Assembly (NCBI GenBank): GCA_012295275.1
Contig: CM022679.1
Coordinates: forward strand, 124,001 to 188,000
Reading direction: 5' to 3'
Source: Chrysomallon squamiferum
Lineage: Eukaryota > Animalia > Mollusca
Length of the DNA stretch: 64,000 bases
Shown here in pieces: positions 26,988 to 52,400 of the stretch (its first letter is position 1; the number at the start of each line of letters is the position of its first letter). The position numbers were made by a program, and so were the translations under genes. The notes beneath the pieces are model-generated. The model was not told the DNA's origin and ran no database searches. It was given only the letters and a program-made list of their open reading frames with translations.

Positions 26988-27038
<51 letters not shown>

Positions 27039-27840
27039 TATTATTATTATTATTACCATTTATTTATTATCAATGGTTCTTTTCAAATAAATTAAGAAAG
27101 TGTAAACCTGATTATTTAATCTGTTATCTTAAGACGTGGTTATCAGTTTGAACCATTATATTCAGTTGTTTATTTTTTTAATACCAAATAACAGAACGCC
27201 TCCATAACTTATCCACATACATATGTCACTCAGAAAATATTGATTATTTCTTAGTAATTATAATTAAAATGTTGTAAAGTATATCTAATGTATATTTTTT
27301 ATTTGTAATTTGTAATTTATTAACATAAAAAGCTTATATAATTATTGTTTACTTAGACTTTATATGCAAATAGTAATAATAACAATAACAAAAGCAATAA
27401 CAATAATATATAAATAAATAAGTAAGTACCACCTTAAAATAATAACAATAGTATTAAATTCCTCTTTTGTACTATTATCCACTTCAGTTAAACAAAATTC
27501 TCTCTGTCTCATTCCAAAACTATTTATTTAATGTTACCTGTATAAAATATTTACTTGCTATTTCAGTTTTAGGAATTATTATTAAATATGTAAATGTGTT
27601 TATGTAACTTCAGTTTATTTCAACATATGTAAAATTTTGAGAAACCAAAATGTCAAATAACAACTATTTGTTTAGTTACTGTGTCAAATATTCTGAATAA
27701 CGTAAATTGAAAATGTAACGTCAGTTAAACATAGATGTTTTTATAGTATACAATGAATACAAAGTAACAATAACTTTGAATAAATATTTATGTAATATTT
27801 TATTATTACTTTTTATAAAAATGGACTAATTGTTTTCTAG

Positions 27841-39243
<11,403 letters not shown>

Positions 39244-39529
39244 AGTATTTTTTGATATTTTTGTGTCAAACTGAGAACAGTGACTGCATCCTCTGACGGG
39301 ACCATTTTAATTGTCAGTTGCTGTTCTCTGATATCAAACATATAAGAAATATTTATTTTCACTAACCATGCCCCAACCCCCCACCGTTTGATGTCTGTGA
39401 TGTGAACATATTGTCTTGTGATTACAGTTTATAAAACAAAACATTTCTCTTACCGCCGCAGAATGTTAAAACTTCTTATCAACCTTTAAAAAATTACTTC
39501 AAAATAATGTTACTTTAACAACATCTTTA

Positions 39530-39576
<47 letters not shown>

Positions 39577-40898
39577 CTTAAGTGTATTGACTGTATTCTT
39601 TATAGGGCAAGAATCTCAGTACAGATTTAATTTATAAATAGCCATATTTGAATATGACAGACAGCAGTGTTACATATCAAACAGTTTATTGTTTTAAGTT
39701 ACTTTATTGCACTGATAAAACTGTATATTGACTTTTTTATAGTAATCTACATCTTAAATCTACATTTCTTACAATGGTTATTTTGTAAATAATTTAAAAT
39801 AAAATCAGTTATTCAAGGTCTTTTTCGATTGTGACATTGAACAAATTTATAGTTAAATGTTATTAATATTTTGTTTTTTTTAAACACTAAGATTGAGGGT
39901 TTTTTTAACTACAGTTATACAATTCAAATTATATTTCTTCTTAGATAAATTTATTACTCAGTGATTTGGACAAAATACTTACATAATTTTCAATTATTTT
40001 TTATATTTTATTTATTGATACTTTTTTTTGCATATATACATTCATGAAAAAAAAATCTTTGACAAATTTTTGTTATATTTTATTTTTTAAATGCTTGTGA
40101 TAGTGAACAGTGTACACATTGGATTAATGTTTTATCACATTTTGCATATTTTATATACAAGATGTATTTTATTTTTGCCATTTTTGTAGAAATGTATTTG
40201 ATAACACATATCATGTTATTTACACCTGAGTTTTACCTGTTTACTGCAAGTCACAGTTATTTACTTTATTATTATTTAGAATATGTTTATAGCTGACACA
40301 CCATAAACAATCATTTATTCATTCTGCATGTAGATTAATAAGCTTGTTGCTCTGTCAGTCAGTGTGTTTGTCCGTGATTAACTAGTCTCTGTTGTTTTAA
40401 ATGTGCAATAACAAGTGTATTAAACACAGATAATTAAACAATAATGTCTCATACAGCCATTAAATGATATTTTAACAAATACTGTGACAAACTATTTTGT
40501 AGATTTGAAACTTTCCAGATAAACTTAATATTAGATTACTATTAAAAACATTCATTGACAATCTTTTATATATGTATATCCAGTTAAAATACTTAAATTA
40601 GCTAATTACATGATTTTAAATCAGAATTTTGTAAATCATAGAATACATAATTTGGATATACATGTACAAAATCAAAATAGTGAAATTCATGGATTAATTT
40701 ACTCTGTAGAGTATTAAATTGGATACCTACAAAGAGCTGAAAGAATATTATTAAAGGATGTATGTTATTGATAGAATGTTATCACAGTTTTAAAATTATG
40801 ATTAGTAACAGGTCAGGTGACACTAATATCATAAAATGATAATTTTTCCTATTTATCTTCAAACTGAATATCTGTCTGTTAAACATATCTTTAACAGA

Positions 40899-41755
40899 TA
40901 ACAGTAATGTCAGTTAACAAACATGTAATAACAGTACAGTTATTTAATAAACAACAGTAATGTCAGTTAACAAACGTAATAACAGTACAGTTATTTAATA
41001 AACAACAGTAATGTCAGTTAACAAACATGTAATAACTACAGTTATTTAATAAACAACAGTAATGTCAGTTAACATACATGTAATAACAGTACAGTTAATT
41101 TAATAAACAACAGTAATGTCAGTTAGCATACATGTAATAACAGTACAGTTATTTAATAAACAACAGTAATGTCAGTTAGCATACATGTAATAACAGTACA
41201 GTTATTTAATAAACAACAGTAATGTCAGTTAGCATACATGTAATAACAGTACAGTTAATTTAATAAACAACAGTAATGTCAGTTAGCATACATGTAATAA
41301 CAGTACAGTTATTTAATAAACGACAGTAATGTCAGTTAGCATACATGTAATAACAGTACAGTTATTTAATAAACAACAGTAATGTCAGTTAACATACATG
41401 TAATAACAGTACAGTTATTTAATAAACAACAGTAATGTCAGTTAACAAACATGTAATAACAGTACAGTTATTTAATAAACAACAGTAATGTCAGTTAGCA
41501 TACATGTAATAACAGTACAGTTATTTAATAAACAACAGTAATGTCAGTTAGCATACATGTAATAACAGTACAGTTATTTAATAAACGACAGTAATGTCAG
41601 TTAGCATACATGTAATAACAGTACAGTTATTTAATAAACGACAGTAATGTCAGTTAGCATACATGTAATAACAGTACAGTTATTTAATAAACGACAGTAA
41701 TGTCAGTTAGCATACATGTAATAACAGTACAGTTATTTAATAAACAACAGTAATT
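40899..41755. repeat. 53-bp minisatellite, about 16 copies
   Basis: Repeated ACAGTAATGTCAGTTAGCATACATGTAATAACAGTACAGTTATTTAATAAACA. Confidence 0.94.
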
Positions 41756-42167
41756 AACAACGGCAGTGTGAATGTTGTAGAGTAATCTTGTAAGTTTTGC
41801 TTTAATTGGGCATTAATCAGATAATAATATAACAATTGATTTATAAATTTTTAAGAATTTTTATGATTATTTAATAACTATTCTGGTAAAAAATATATAT
41901 ATATATTTTTGTTAATTCATTATTTTAATAAATTTGTTTAGCTTGTAATTAACAAACTAATTTTAAATAAGTTACAAAATCGTTGTTCTGCTGTTTGTAG
42001 TGATAATGTGATGAACCCAGTCATTTGTGTTAGTGTCATAGTGATGTTAGATTTTGTTTTTTTAAAGTGTGTTAGTCAATACTTGGCATTGTAATAGTGT
42101 TGTTGTACCTGCCATTAAAGCTTAATAATTTTTTTAGTCAAATAATTTAAACAAACAAAAATACTGA

Positions 42168-42410
42168 TAAATTAGAATTTTACGAATGCTATATTAATAC
42201 CCAGTAGCTGAATATCATGTTGTATTTAAATTAGAATTTTAAGAATGCTGTATTAATACCCAGTAGTTAAATATCATGTTGTATTTAAATTAGAATTTTA
42301 AGAATGCTTCATTAATACCCAGTAGTTAAATATCATGTTGTATTTAAATTAGAATTTTAAGAATGCTATATTAATACCCAGTTGTTAAATATCATGTTGT
42401 ATTTAAATTG
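42168..42410. repeat. 59-bp tandem repeat, about 4 copies
   Basis: Repeated AAATTAGAATTTTAAGAATGCT...ATTAATACCCAGTAGTTAAATATCATGTTGTATTT. Confidence 0.9.
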
Positions 42411-43354
42411 ACAGAATCAGCATTTTATATTTCTTATTGTGTTTAGCAAATTCTTGCATTTATCTTTGATAAAATATTTTTGTTTTTTGATTTAACAGAA
42501 ATATTAATAGAATTAGGACTAAAAAGTTATATTTAATATGTATTTGTGTTGGTTAATATAATGTTAGGTCACTGGAATCTGAATAGAATTAGGACATAAG
42601 AAATTAATATTTTGCTTAATGTTTTTACTGGAAGTAGGATGACAGAAACATTCGGTTTCTTACAAGATGTAAATATCATGTATTGTTTACCTCATTATTT
42701 TCATTTGTTTACATTTTATTGTCAAAGTTTAAATTATAATTCAAAATACAGCTTACATGGTTTCAGACCTGTGACAATATTTTACATTTACACTGACATT
42801 AATTGTGTTTCTTATATCAAGTTAAACCAGTTAGAAGTTGTTGTTGTTTTTAAACTAACGTCTACATTTGTCATCATAATAACTTTAAAACATACAGTAC
42901 AACTTCAGTATTGTCAAGTTAGAAGTTTAAAAAATTTGTTACACTGCAGTATAAAGACCTGTTGAACACAAACTAGTAACCACTGGTTACACTGTTTAAC
43001 TGGTTGTGCTGGTTACAGTGTTTATATTGGTTATGCAGGTTTTCACTGCTTTGTACTTGACAAGATCAAAATCTGTTCTTCAGTGCCCAGGAGATTCATT
43101 TTTTAGAGACATTTTTTTTTATTTTTTTTTTTTTAATTTTGCTTCTTCTTCTTTTTTTTTTTTTATTTAGGAATGCAAAGTTGTGGAAAAATTTATTGTT
43201 CATTTATAATTTTTTTTTTTTTTTAATTTATATATATATGTATATGTATATATTAACTAATCATCTCGATACAAGGTACATTTAAAATGAATGTGTACTT
43301 TTATTTTTAATATCACCTTTCTTAAAATCAAATTAGTTGTCTTTTCAGCTCAGA

Positions 43355-43785
43355 TATTAATTTCAGCTAATTAATTATTACGAACTGGTAATTTGATCAG
43401 TGTTTACAAAGGGTAATGTTAATTTCAGCTAATTAATTATTACTAACTGGTAATTTGATCAGGGTTTACAAAGGGTAATGTTAATTTCAGCTAATTAATT
43501 ATTACTAACTGGTAATTTGATCAGTGTTTACAAAGGGTAATGTTAATTTCAGCTAATTAATTATTACTAACTGGTAATTTGATCAGGGTTTACAAAGGGT
43601 AATGTTAATTTCAGCTAATTAATTATTACTAACTGGTAGTTTGATCAGTGTTTACAAAGGGTAATGTTAATTTCAGCTAATTAATTATTACTAACTGGTA
43701 ATTTGATCAGGGTTTACAAAGGGTAATGTTAGATTCAGCTAATTAATTCTTACTAACTGGTAGTTTGATCAGTGTTTACAAATGT
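43355..43785. repeat. 62-bp tandem repeat, about 7 copies
   Basis: Repeated TTAATTTCAGCTAATTAATTATTACTAACTGGTAATTTGATCAG(T/G)GTTTACAAAGGGTAATG. Confidence 0.93.
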
Positions 43786-43917
43786 TGAATTCTGTAAACA
43801 TGAGCTGAATGAATGACACTGATGTCTCACACACATATAACCACATCTGTTGAAATACAGCTGTATAATTACACTTAAATTTCAACATTCATCTTTTTTG
43901 TTCTGTTTACAATTCAC

Positions 43918-43955
<38 letters not shown>

Positions 43956-44571
43956 ATTTGTGTATATTTGTATATATAAGTATATAAAAATTTCAGACGT
44001 ATATGTGTACATATATAAAATATATATATTGAGATTTTCTCCTTAACACTAAATATTTTATTTTCACATTTAACAAAGATTAAGTAGAAATTGCTGTGCC
44101 AATGTTTCCTTCAGACATAAAACTGCTTTAGGTATTCTCACAGACATTATCTGCATGATCATCTTGTAATATGATTTATTCAAAACAAACATAGTTTATA
44201 GCTTTTATTGATACAGAAAGTGATAATATTGGCTTTCTTTATTATAACAAAAACAACAGCAACAACTATTATAATTATTATTATTATATGAAATCATTTA
44301 TTCCAAGGGTTACTCTTACTATGGGTTACTCTTACTGTCAGTTATGTTGCAAAAGATCGTTTATACACTTTGCTGTAGACAGAAAAGTACATGTATTAGT
44401 GATTGGCTGGAATGGGAAATATCCCAGTGAAAAATGTTAATTGTCAGTTGACATTGTTTATTGTGAAACATCAGATGAATCCTAGTTTTAGATCTGGTTT
44501 CTTATCTGGTTTCTTTTCTGAAAACAATAGTGTTGGCTAATAAATGGCAGAATTATTTTTTAAATTTTTTT

Positions 44572-44628
44572 TTTACCTTTTAACTGCTGGCTGATATCTG
44601 ATATACTGGCCAGCAGTTAAAGGGTTAA
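44572..44628. other. Short inverted repeat / hairpin
   Basis: TTTAACTGCTGGC pairs with GCCAGCAGTTAAA around a loop of about 17 nt. The right end reads AAAGGGTTAA. Confidence 0.75.
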
Positions 44629-46064
44629 AAAAATGAAATCTGAGTTTGTGTTAGATGTCAGTTATATATTTGTTAAATCATATCATCTAATAAACCATCA
44701 TCTCAATATAAGAGTTACGGCTTTGGTTAAGCAAGAAGAATATAAACTGTATTGAAGTACATGATTATAGAATGTCTGGATGTCAGTGAAATTAGGACAG
44801 AAAGGGTTAAAGCTACATTCATTTTGAGATTTAAATTAATTCCGTTGTTTACAAGTAAATGTTAGAGGTTTGGTGTTTTTAATGTACTTGAACAGTTAAG
44901 CTTCTTTTCTAGTCTGGGTGTTTATTAAAATATTCTTTTGTTTTTCTTCTTTTCTTTTTAATCCAAACACTGGATTAATTATTTTTACATAATTATAATT
45001 TTGTTTTTATTATTTAAAAAATAAATAAATATAAATAAAATCTTTGGTTACATTTAAGTTTTGACTAAGATATTATGATTTGAGAGATGCAGGGAGGTTG
45101 ATTGATTATATTTGTATCAGATATTTATTTAAGACATTTACAACAAAGGTTTGTTATTGATGTCTGTCACAGCTCCTGCTTACAAGTATTTTTATTTCTC
45201 TAAACAAAAACATGTTTAATTCTTTGTGGTAGAAAGGTTTACTGATTGACCTTATTATACAGATTTATTTTACAACACCAGTTTCTACATGTGTTTAATT
45301 GTTCTTCAGTTAATCATCCTTTTCTTTCTTTTTCTTTTCTTTTTTTGTTTTTGAATTTTAAAAACCAAAGTTATTTTTTATTTCTTTTTTTTTGTTTGAC
45401 TAGTACAGAAGTAAAAATGTTGTTACTGTTTTGTCACTGTTTTGTGTTGAATAACATAAATGTGCTAGGAACTTACCTGTGTTGAAAAAAAAAAAAAAAA
45501 AAAAATGTTCACCTGTATAAGAGATAAACCTATTACTCAGAAGACTGAAATTTTACAGCTCACTTTGCTTTATTAGAATAATAATCAGAAGAAGAAATCA
45601 TTTGAAATAATTATGAACAAAGAATTTGTTTTAAATCTGTATGCACCTGTTTTCATTTTCAGATTTTACATTAGACACAGATTAGTGAAGACTGATCTAT
45701 CTGCTGAGTCAGAAAATGGTAAAAGTTTAGTTGTGACATCTAGTTTTAACATGGTGGTATATCATCAGTGCTGTTTTGTCTGTAACTTTTATAATGGTGG
45801 GACCAGTTCATATCTAAATAAAATCATTTGTTATTTTTGTCATCATACATCATGCGTAGTACCCACCACGTGTTGTTAGATACTACACTGTTAGGTACGC
45901 AGTGTGTGTGTTAGCTAGTATCACAGTTACATTGTTGTGTTCAGAGCTGTGCCTGTCAGTGACATTCTCTCAAATAAAGTTGTTTTATCGTCTTCTGTCG
46001 TTTATTTACCGATTGTTGAAATTTTGTATTCTGTGAGATAGTGTCTTCATATAAGTGTTTTGTT

Positions 46065-46400
46065 ATCAGTAATCAATTTAATATTCAGATATGTCAGTAA
46101 TCAATTTAGTATTCAAACAGATGATGTCAGAAATCAATTTAATATTCAAATATGTCAGTCAATTTAATATTCAAACAGATGATGTCAGTAATCAGTTTAT
46201 ATTCAAACAGATGGTCCATAATCAATTTAGTATTCAAACAGATGATGTCTGTAATCAATTTAGTCTTCAAATATGTCAGTAATCAATTTAATATTCAAAC
46301 ATGTCAGTAATCAATTTAATATTCAAACATGATGTCTGTAATCAATTTAGTCTTCAAACAGATGATGTCAGTAATCTATTTAGTATTCAAACAGATGAAT
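46065..46400. repeat. Degenerate minisatellite of about 27-32 bp
   Basis: Repeated TGTCAGTAATCAATTTAATATTCAAACAGATGA variants. Confidence 0.85.
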
Positions 46401-46576
46401 AGTCAGTTATTGGTAGCTCACTGATATTAAAGTAATAAGTAAATAAATAAATAAATTAAAAAAATAAAATGGAAATTCCTTGAGAGGAATCAATTTGTCA
46501 AGAATTGATGTTATGGGATCAACCTGAAAACAAACTGACAAAGGAAGTTTTGGGCATTGATATCAAAACACCATCT

Positions 46577-46760
46577 TAAGATAGTGTCAGCTAGGTCACT
46601 GATATTAATATAGTGTCAGCTAGGTCACTGATATTAAGTTAGTGTCAGCTAGGTCACTGATATTAAGTTAGTGTCAGCTAGGTCACTGATATTAAGTTAG
46701 TGTCAGCTAGGTCACTGATATTAAGACAGTGTCAGCTAGGTCACTGATATTAAGATAGTG
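46577..46760. repeat. 29-bp minisatellite, about 6 copies
   Basis: Repeated TAGTGTCAGCTAGGTCACTGATATTAAG(T/A). Confidence 0.92.
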
Positions 46761-48427
46761 AAAAAGCCAGACCAGGCTCTGGTTGTAGCTGATGCTTGTA
46801 AACAGTAATTTGTAACTGATACGTTGCTCAGCTATAATTAATTATGTCATTTTCAGTACACCTCATGTTCTGTGACTCTGATTTGTCACAATGATAAGAC
46901 AAATGTTTTTATCCTGAAATCTTAAACTTTTTTACAGACAGAAATCACTTATTAGTATATATATATATATATATAGTAAAATAAAAACAAAAATACAGCA
47001 GAATTTAAACTTTTTTTGTTTAATAGTCAGCTATTAAAATGTACAATTTTTATTTGAAAATAACACTCTGAAAGGCACATTAGTGAATAAATAATTAAAA
47101 TTCATGCACATAAAATTTAAAATCTACATATTTAATATTTAAAATCCATATATTTAATATTTAAAACTGACATATTTAACACTTGAAATCTACATAGCTG
47201 ATATTTAAATCCACATAATTAACAGTTAGAATCTATAAAATTAACATTTAAGATCCAGATATTTTACATTTAAAATTTATATAATTAAAATAAAAATTTA
47301 ATTATTTAGAAATGTTTAAATTTTATAAATAGATATTTATTTAGTAATTAAAATCAATAGATATTTATTTAGTAATTAAAATGATCATATACGATGTTCT
47401 GAGAACCATAAAAAGAAACTGACTGAAATTGTGTACTGTTAATATACAAATGAGATCAAAGTGAAATGACAGCAGTATGTGTGAAATGTAATCTTAGTCA
47501 ATGACTTGGAAAGCAAAAGGAAAAACTCAAATAACTAACATTACCGACTAGAGAAACATTCATTATCTGACCTGATAAAGACTTAATAATATATCTGCTA
47601 AGACACATTCATACTTTAAAAGTAACAAATGTAAAAGTAATTGATGAACAATTAAATAGTTATTAAATCTTATTTAAGCAGAGGAATTTCAAATGTGTTA
47701 TTAGAATTATTTGATCTTCTAAACTGATTACTGATTTAGGCTGCATTTAACAAGAAACCAGTCTTGGCGTTTGTGCCTGCAACACATCAGTTTGAGAATT
47801 CTGTTTGTCACACAACATAAAATCATCCATTCACTATTTACAAATCAACTTTAAAATTGAAAAAAAAAAAGTATTTCACAAAACACAGAGGTGTGTCTGA
47901 CTGCAACAGTAAGTACTTGAAACTAATTTAAAGCTTTGTGTTTAAGTAACTTTACAGTGTACAAGTTTTGCACTGGAATGTTATAAATCTCAAGAGACTT
48001 TGATGTGACTAACATCTTGAGACAAATTGCCTGTCCATCTGTCTGATTGTCTAATAATGTCTTCATTTTCATCATTTACAACTCCTAGTACCACTGCATT
48101 TAGCTGAAAAATAACAAATATTAATTTTTAAGAACAACAATATATAAAATAACCAAATTAAAATTAGAACTGCAAGTGGAAAACCCCCCCCCCCAAAAAA
48201 ACCACTTTAAATAAAATAATAAACTAATATAATATAAATATATAAAATTTCTCTTTCTTTCATATATCCTCTTTATTTCTCTCACTTTTTAAAATTTTAT
48301 TGTAAAACTGATAATAATAATAATATTAGATGCTGTTTTGTTTTGCTGAGAAAACATTAATTTGTGTTAAAAATAATATAACAGGTCATTTAACTGATAT
48401 TACCATCATTTCTGTGTCACCCTCTTG

Positions 48428-49436
48428 TCACAAAATAGACTGGTAACCTTCCCTGAATGTCTTTGTACTGCTCCACTCTATTGCACTGAATGATAGAGAG
48501 GCACCAGTTGCCATGACAACAAGAATAAGGAGCTGCCACTCTAGAAGCAAGACCAGACTGTAGTAGAAAGCTACTGCTGCCATTAATGACTGTAAAACAG
48601 AAAACGTATTAAATATTTTATTTGCTTACATGATTTGCTAATGATTGCAACAAATGATTTGATTAATCACTGTTTTTATTTGCTTACATGGCAACAAATG
48701 ATTTGATTAATCACTGTTACATTAACAACAGACACAGCACATGATAATCAATAGATTATTTTTTTAAATAAGTTTTTATTAAATAAATAAATAAATGTAT
48801 TAAAACATAAAAAGTTAGATATACTTCTAATCACCTGAACAAACTTGAAAAGAGCAAATGCTGGAGAACTGTCTTCTGGGAACATGAAGCCAAGTAATGA
48901 ATAAATCTACAAATAATCAATGAAACACAGATTACAAATAAACAGTAAAACACAGATTACAAACAGACATTGAAATATAGATTACAAATAAAAAGTGAGA
49001 CAAATTTCCATTAATGAAACACATTTCACAGACAGATAATGAAACAGATTATAAATAGAAAGTGAAACAGATTATAAACAGACAGTGAAACAGATTACAC
49101 ATATAATAAATAGAAATCGTAACATAGATTACAAATACACATGTAATGAACAGACCTGTGTGTTAAAACAGCTGTCTCCTAGTCCCAGAAGAAAACCACA
49201 GAGTAAGGCAACGTACTTACTGAAAAATAAAACACCATCTAACATATCAGTAACACAATTCATTATAAACACCTATAAAAAAAAAAAAAAACATCCACAC
49301 AAATATACTCACACACACAATTGTTATAACTTGTTAAGGGCTCAGATTGGTAATATAGTTAAAATTAAATGTGAACATGCATTCTGGTAACTTTGAGAAA
49401 AACAGAAATGTAGAGAGAGACAGTGTGGTGTGTGTG

Positions 49437-49497
<61 letters not shown>

Positions 49498-52400
49498 AGC
49501 ATGTAGCTTATTTCTTTATAATTTATACATCTAACATTTAAAGAGAAAAAGACTTACTTGGCTTCTATGTATGTTGGCTGATCTGATGATGCTAGAGGAG
49601 AATTACTGGGTAGGTTGATGAAGATAAGGAAGAATGAGACAACATGAACGATGTAACCAAACATGACAATTGGATCACGTCCATGTTTGTTTGTTCTTTT
49701 ACCAAACAAACCAAACAACGAACCACCTGAAACACACAAGTACACAGAACACAAAATAAAATATAGTGTATAGTTCTTGGGTGTCACTTTACATAAATTT
49801 TAATGTGGTGAGATCAAGTAAAACTAGTCAGCACTTACCGAGTATTTCACCAACTCCAATGGCTATGCCAGCCAGGCCCAGCAGTCCCTTTCTTTCTGTA
49901 CTGAACACTTCTGTGTTTGAAATACACGTACCATAAACACCACTGAAAAATGTCAGCTCCAGTCCTGTATAACAAAAAAAAAAAAAAAAAAAATTAGCAA
50001 TAAGAACAAAAATAGTAACAATAAGAACAAAAATAGTAATAGTAACAACAAATTCAATTAATTTAATAAAATTCATAATAATAATATTTAATAATAGCCA
50101 CTGAATTATAACTTGCTGAAATGAAAACAATTCATAAAACAATACATCTGTAATAATAAATAGAGGTAATCTTACCTGTGTATGCAAATGTAATACTTAA
50201 ACAAAGAATTTCCCGTGTTCTCATCAGGTGAAATGAACGTTCTAAATAAATAAACAAAAATTATATCATAATTTATATGATTTCTTTAAAATAGTTTAAC
50301 ATTAAATAAATAAATAAGTAAACTTATTTTTATGAAGAGCCATGACTTTTAACACAGAACTGTTATGATAATTAGTTTCAGGTTAGATATTACAACACTG
50401 TTAACATTTATAATAAATACATTTGTAACATGTGTAACATAATTATTAACATAAATAAGTAAATAAAATAAATATTATTATTATTAAAAGTTACTGTTAA
50501 ATTATTCAGTTTAATAGAAATAAATATTTTAGTTTCACATTTGGCTCACTAGTTCTTCAAGCAGATATACGAGTTTTATCCCAGTCATTGAAAGCTGTTG
50601 AAATGTTGTTACAAGTGAAATAGTATTAAATACTTACTAAGGGCTTGTAATGGGGAGGAGGCTGGAATTACGTGAGAACCACTGAAAACAAAAACTGATT
50701 TCAATTCACAACAACAACAACATTTACTCCTACTGCTGCTGCTGTTATTACTAATACAATTACAACAACAACTGCTATTATTACTACAACTAATACTTAC
50801 ATTATTATTATTATTTAAAAAGTGATAATGAACATAATAAAAATAATAATTACATGTAGCAATTATACTGGAACTAGAAACAAAAAAATGTAAAAACAGT
50901 TACAACTTAACATGAAAAATTTAAAAAGGTATGTCTGTAAAACAACATTTAATAAAATGATCACAGCTTGATGCGTTAGACTGTGTTTTAGTAAATAAAT
51001 GTAATAAAATGATCACAGCTTGTAGTGGTAAGTGTTAGACTGTGTTTTAGTAAATAAATTTAATGGAGAAGCCTGGAAATGATGCTGTTTTGTTCATACT
51101 GGTAAAACTGAAAAGTGTTGTTAACAAAAGTAATCATTTGTAAACTGTTTACCTGCCAACAACGTTGATGAGGTTCTCACTGTCAGAATTTCTTCTCTTT
51201 CTCAGAAATAACAGACACAAAATTCCCAATCCAGCTGCAACACTGAGCCCAATATACAGCTCAGTTCTTTCCTTTGGTTTGATGTTTCCATTATCCTTGA
51301 ACACATAGTAACTGTACAAGTTACCGAACAGTAAACTGAAATGTACAAAACATCAGTATAACTGTACAAGTTACCGAACAGTAAACTGAAATGTACAAAA
51401 CATCAGTATAACTGTACAAGTTACCGAACAGTAAACTGAAATGTACAAAACATCAGTATAACTGTACAAGTTACCAAACAGTAAACTGAAATGTACAAAA
51501 CATCAATGTAACTGTACAAGTTATCAAACAGTAAACTGAAATGTACAAAACATCAATGTAACTGTCCAAGTTATCAAACAGTAAACTGAAATGTACAAAA
51601 CATCAAAGTAATTGTGCAAGTTACCAAACAGTAAACTGAAATGTACAAAACATCAAACACACAAATTAAAACATCAAATACATATATTAAAAAGCTTAAC
51701 AAAATGAAAAACAAAAACATTTAAATAAATAACACACTATATACATGATTATTTTCCTGATGATTCTATTTAATTATTATTTTTATCTCAATATTAGCAT
51801 TCACATTTTCATTATTTATTTTTATCATGTACCAGAAAATTTACATTGTAACAATTATGTCACAGAGTAAATGATTTCTAAGATGATGATAAATTACAAT
51901 AATTATACATAGTTGTTATTTAAATTTGGGTAAGCTAAGGTAACACTTGCCTGCACTGTAACAGAGCCCAGAAAATTCCACTGTTTCTGGAGATAGTTTC
52001 TGTGTCTGAATTCACAGTCAGCGCTGTCCCTTGTGCTGTCCACAGAACTAGAAACAAAAATGATAATAAATAACATACATACATATATATATCTTACAAA
52101 CAACATTAATAGTTCAGAAGAAATCACTCTGTATTCAATACTTCATATCCAACATTCAACTATCAAACACTTTGTAAACACACTATTCATATATCACATC
52201 CTACAAACACGCTATTCATATATCACATCCTACAAACACGCTATTCATATATCACATCCAACAAATCTACTATTCATATATCACATCCTACACACTATTC
52301 ATATATCACATCCTACAAATCTACTTATTCATATATCACATCCTACAAATCTACTATTCATATATCACATCATACTAACACCTTATTCATATATCACATC

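Noticed and set aside
26990-27056. (AAT)n followed by (TTA)n inverted microsatellite
   Set aside because: Simple-sequence artefact common in AT-rich genomes, with no evidence of function.
48404-48430. Stop-codon readthrough of MFSD11 (TGA CAA context)
   Set aside because: A second in-frame TGA follows after six codons, and the protein already ends like its orthologues (YQSIL).
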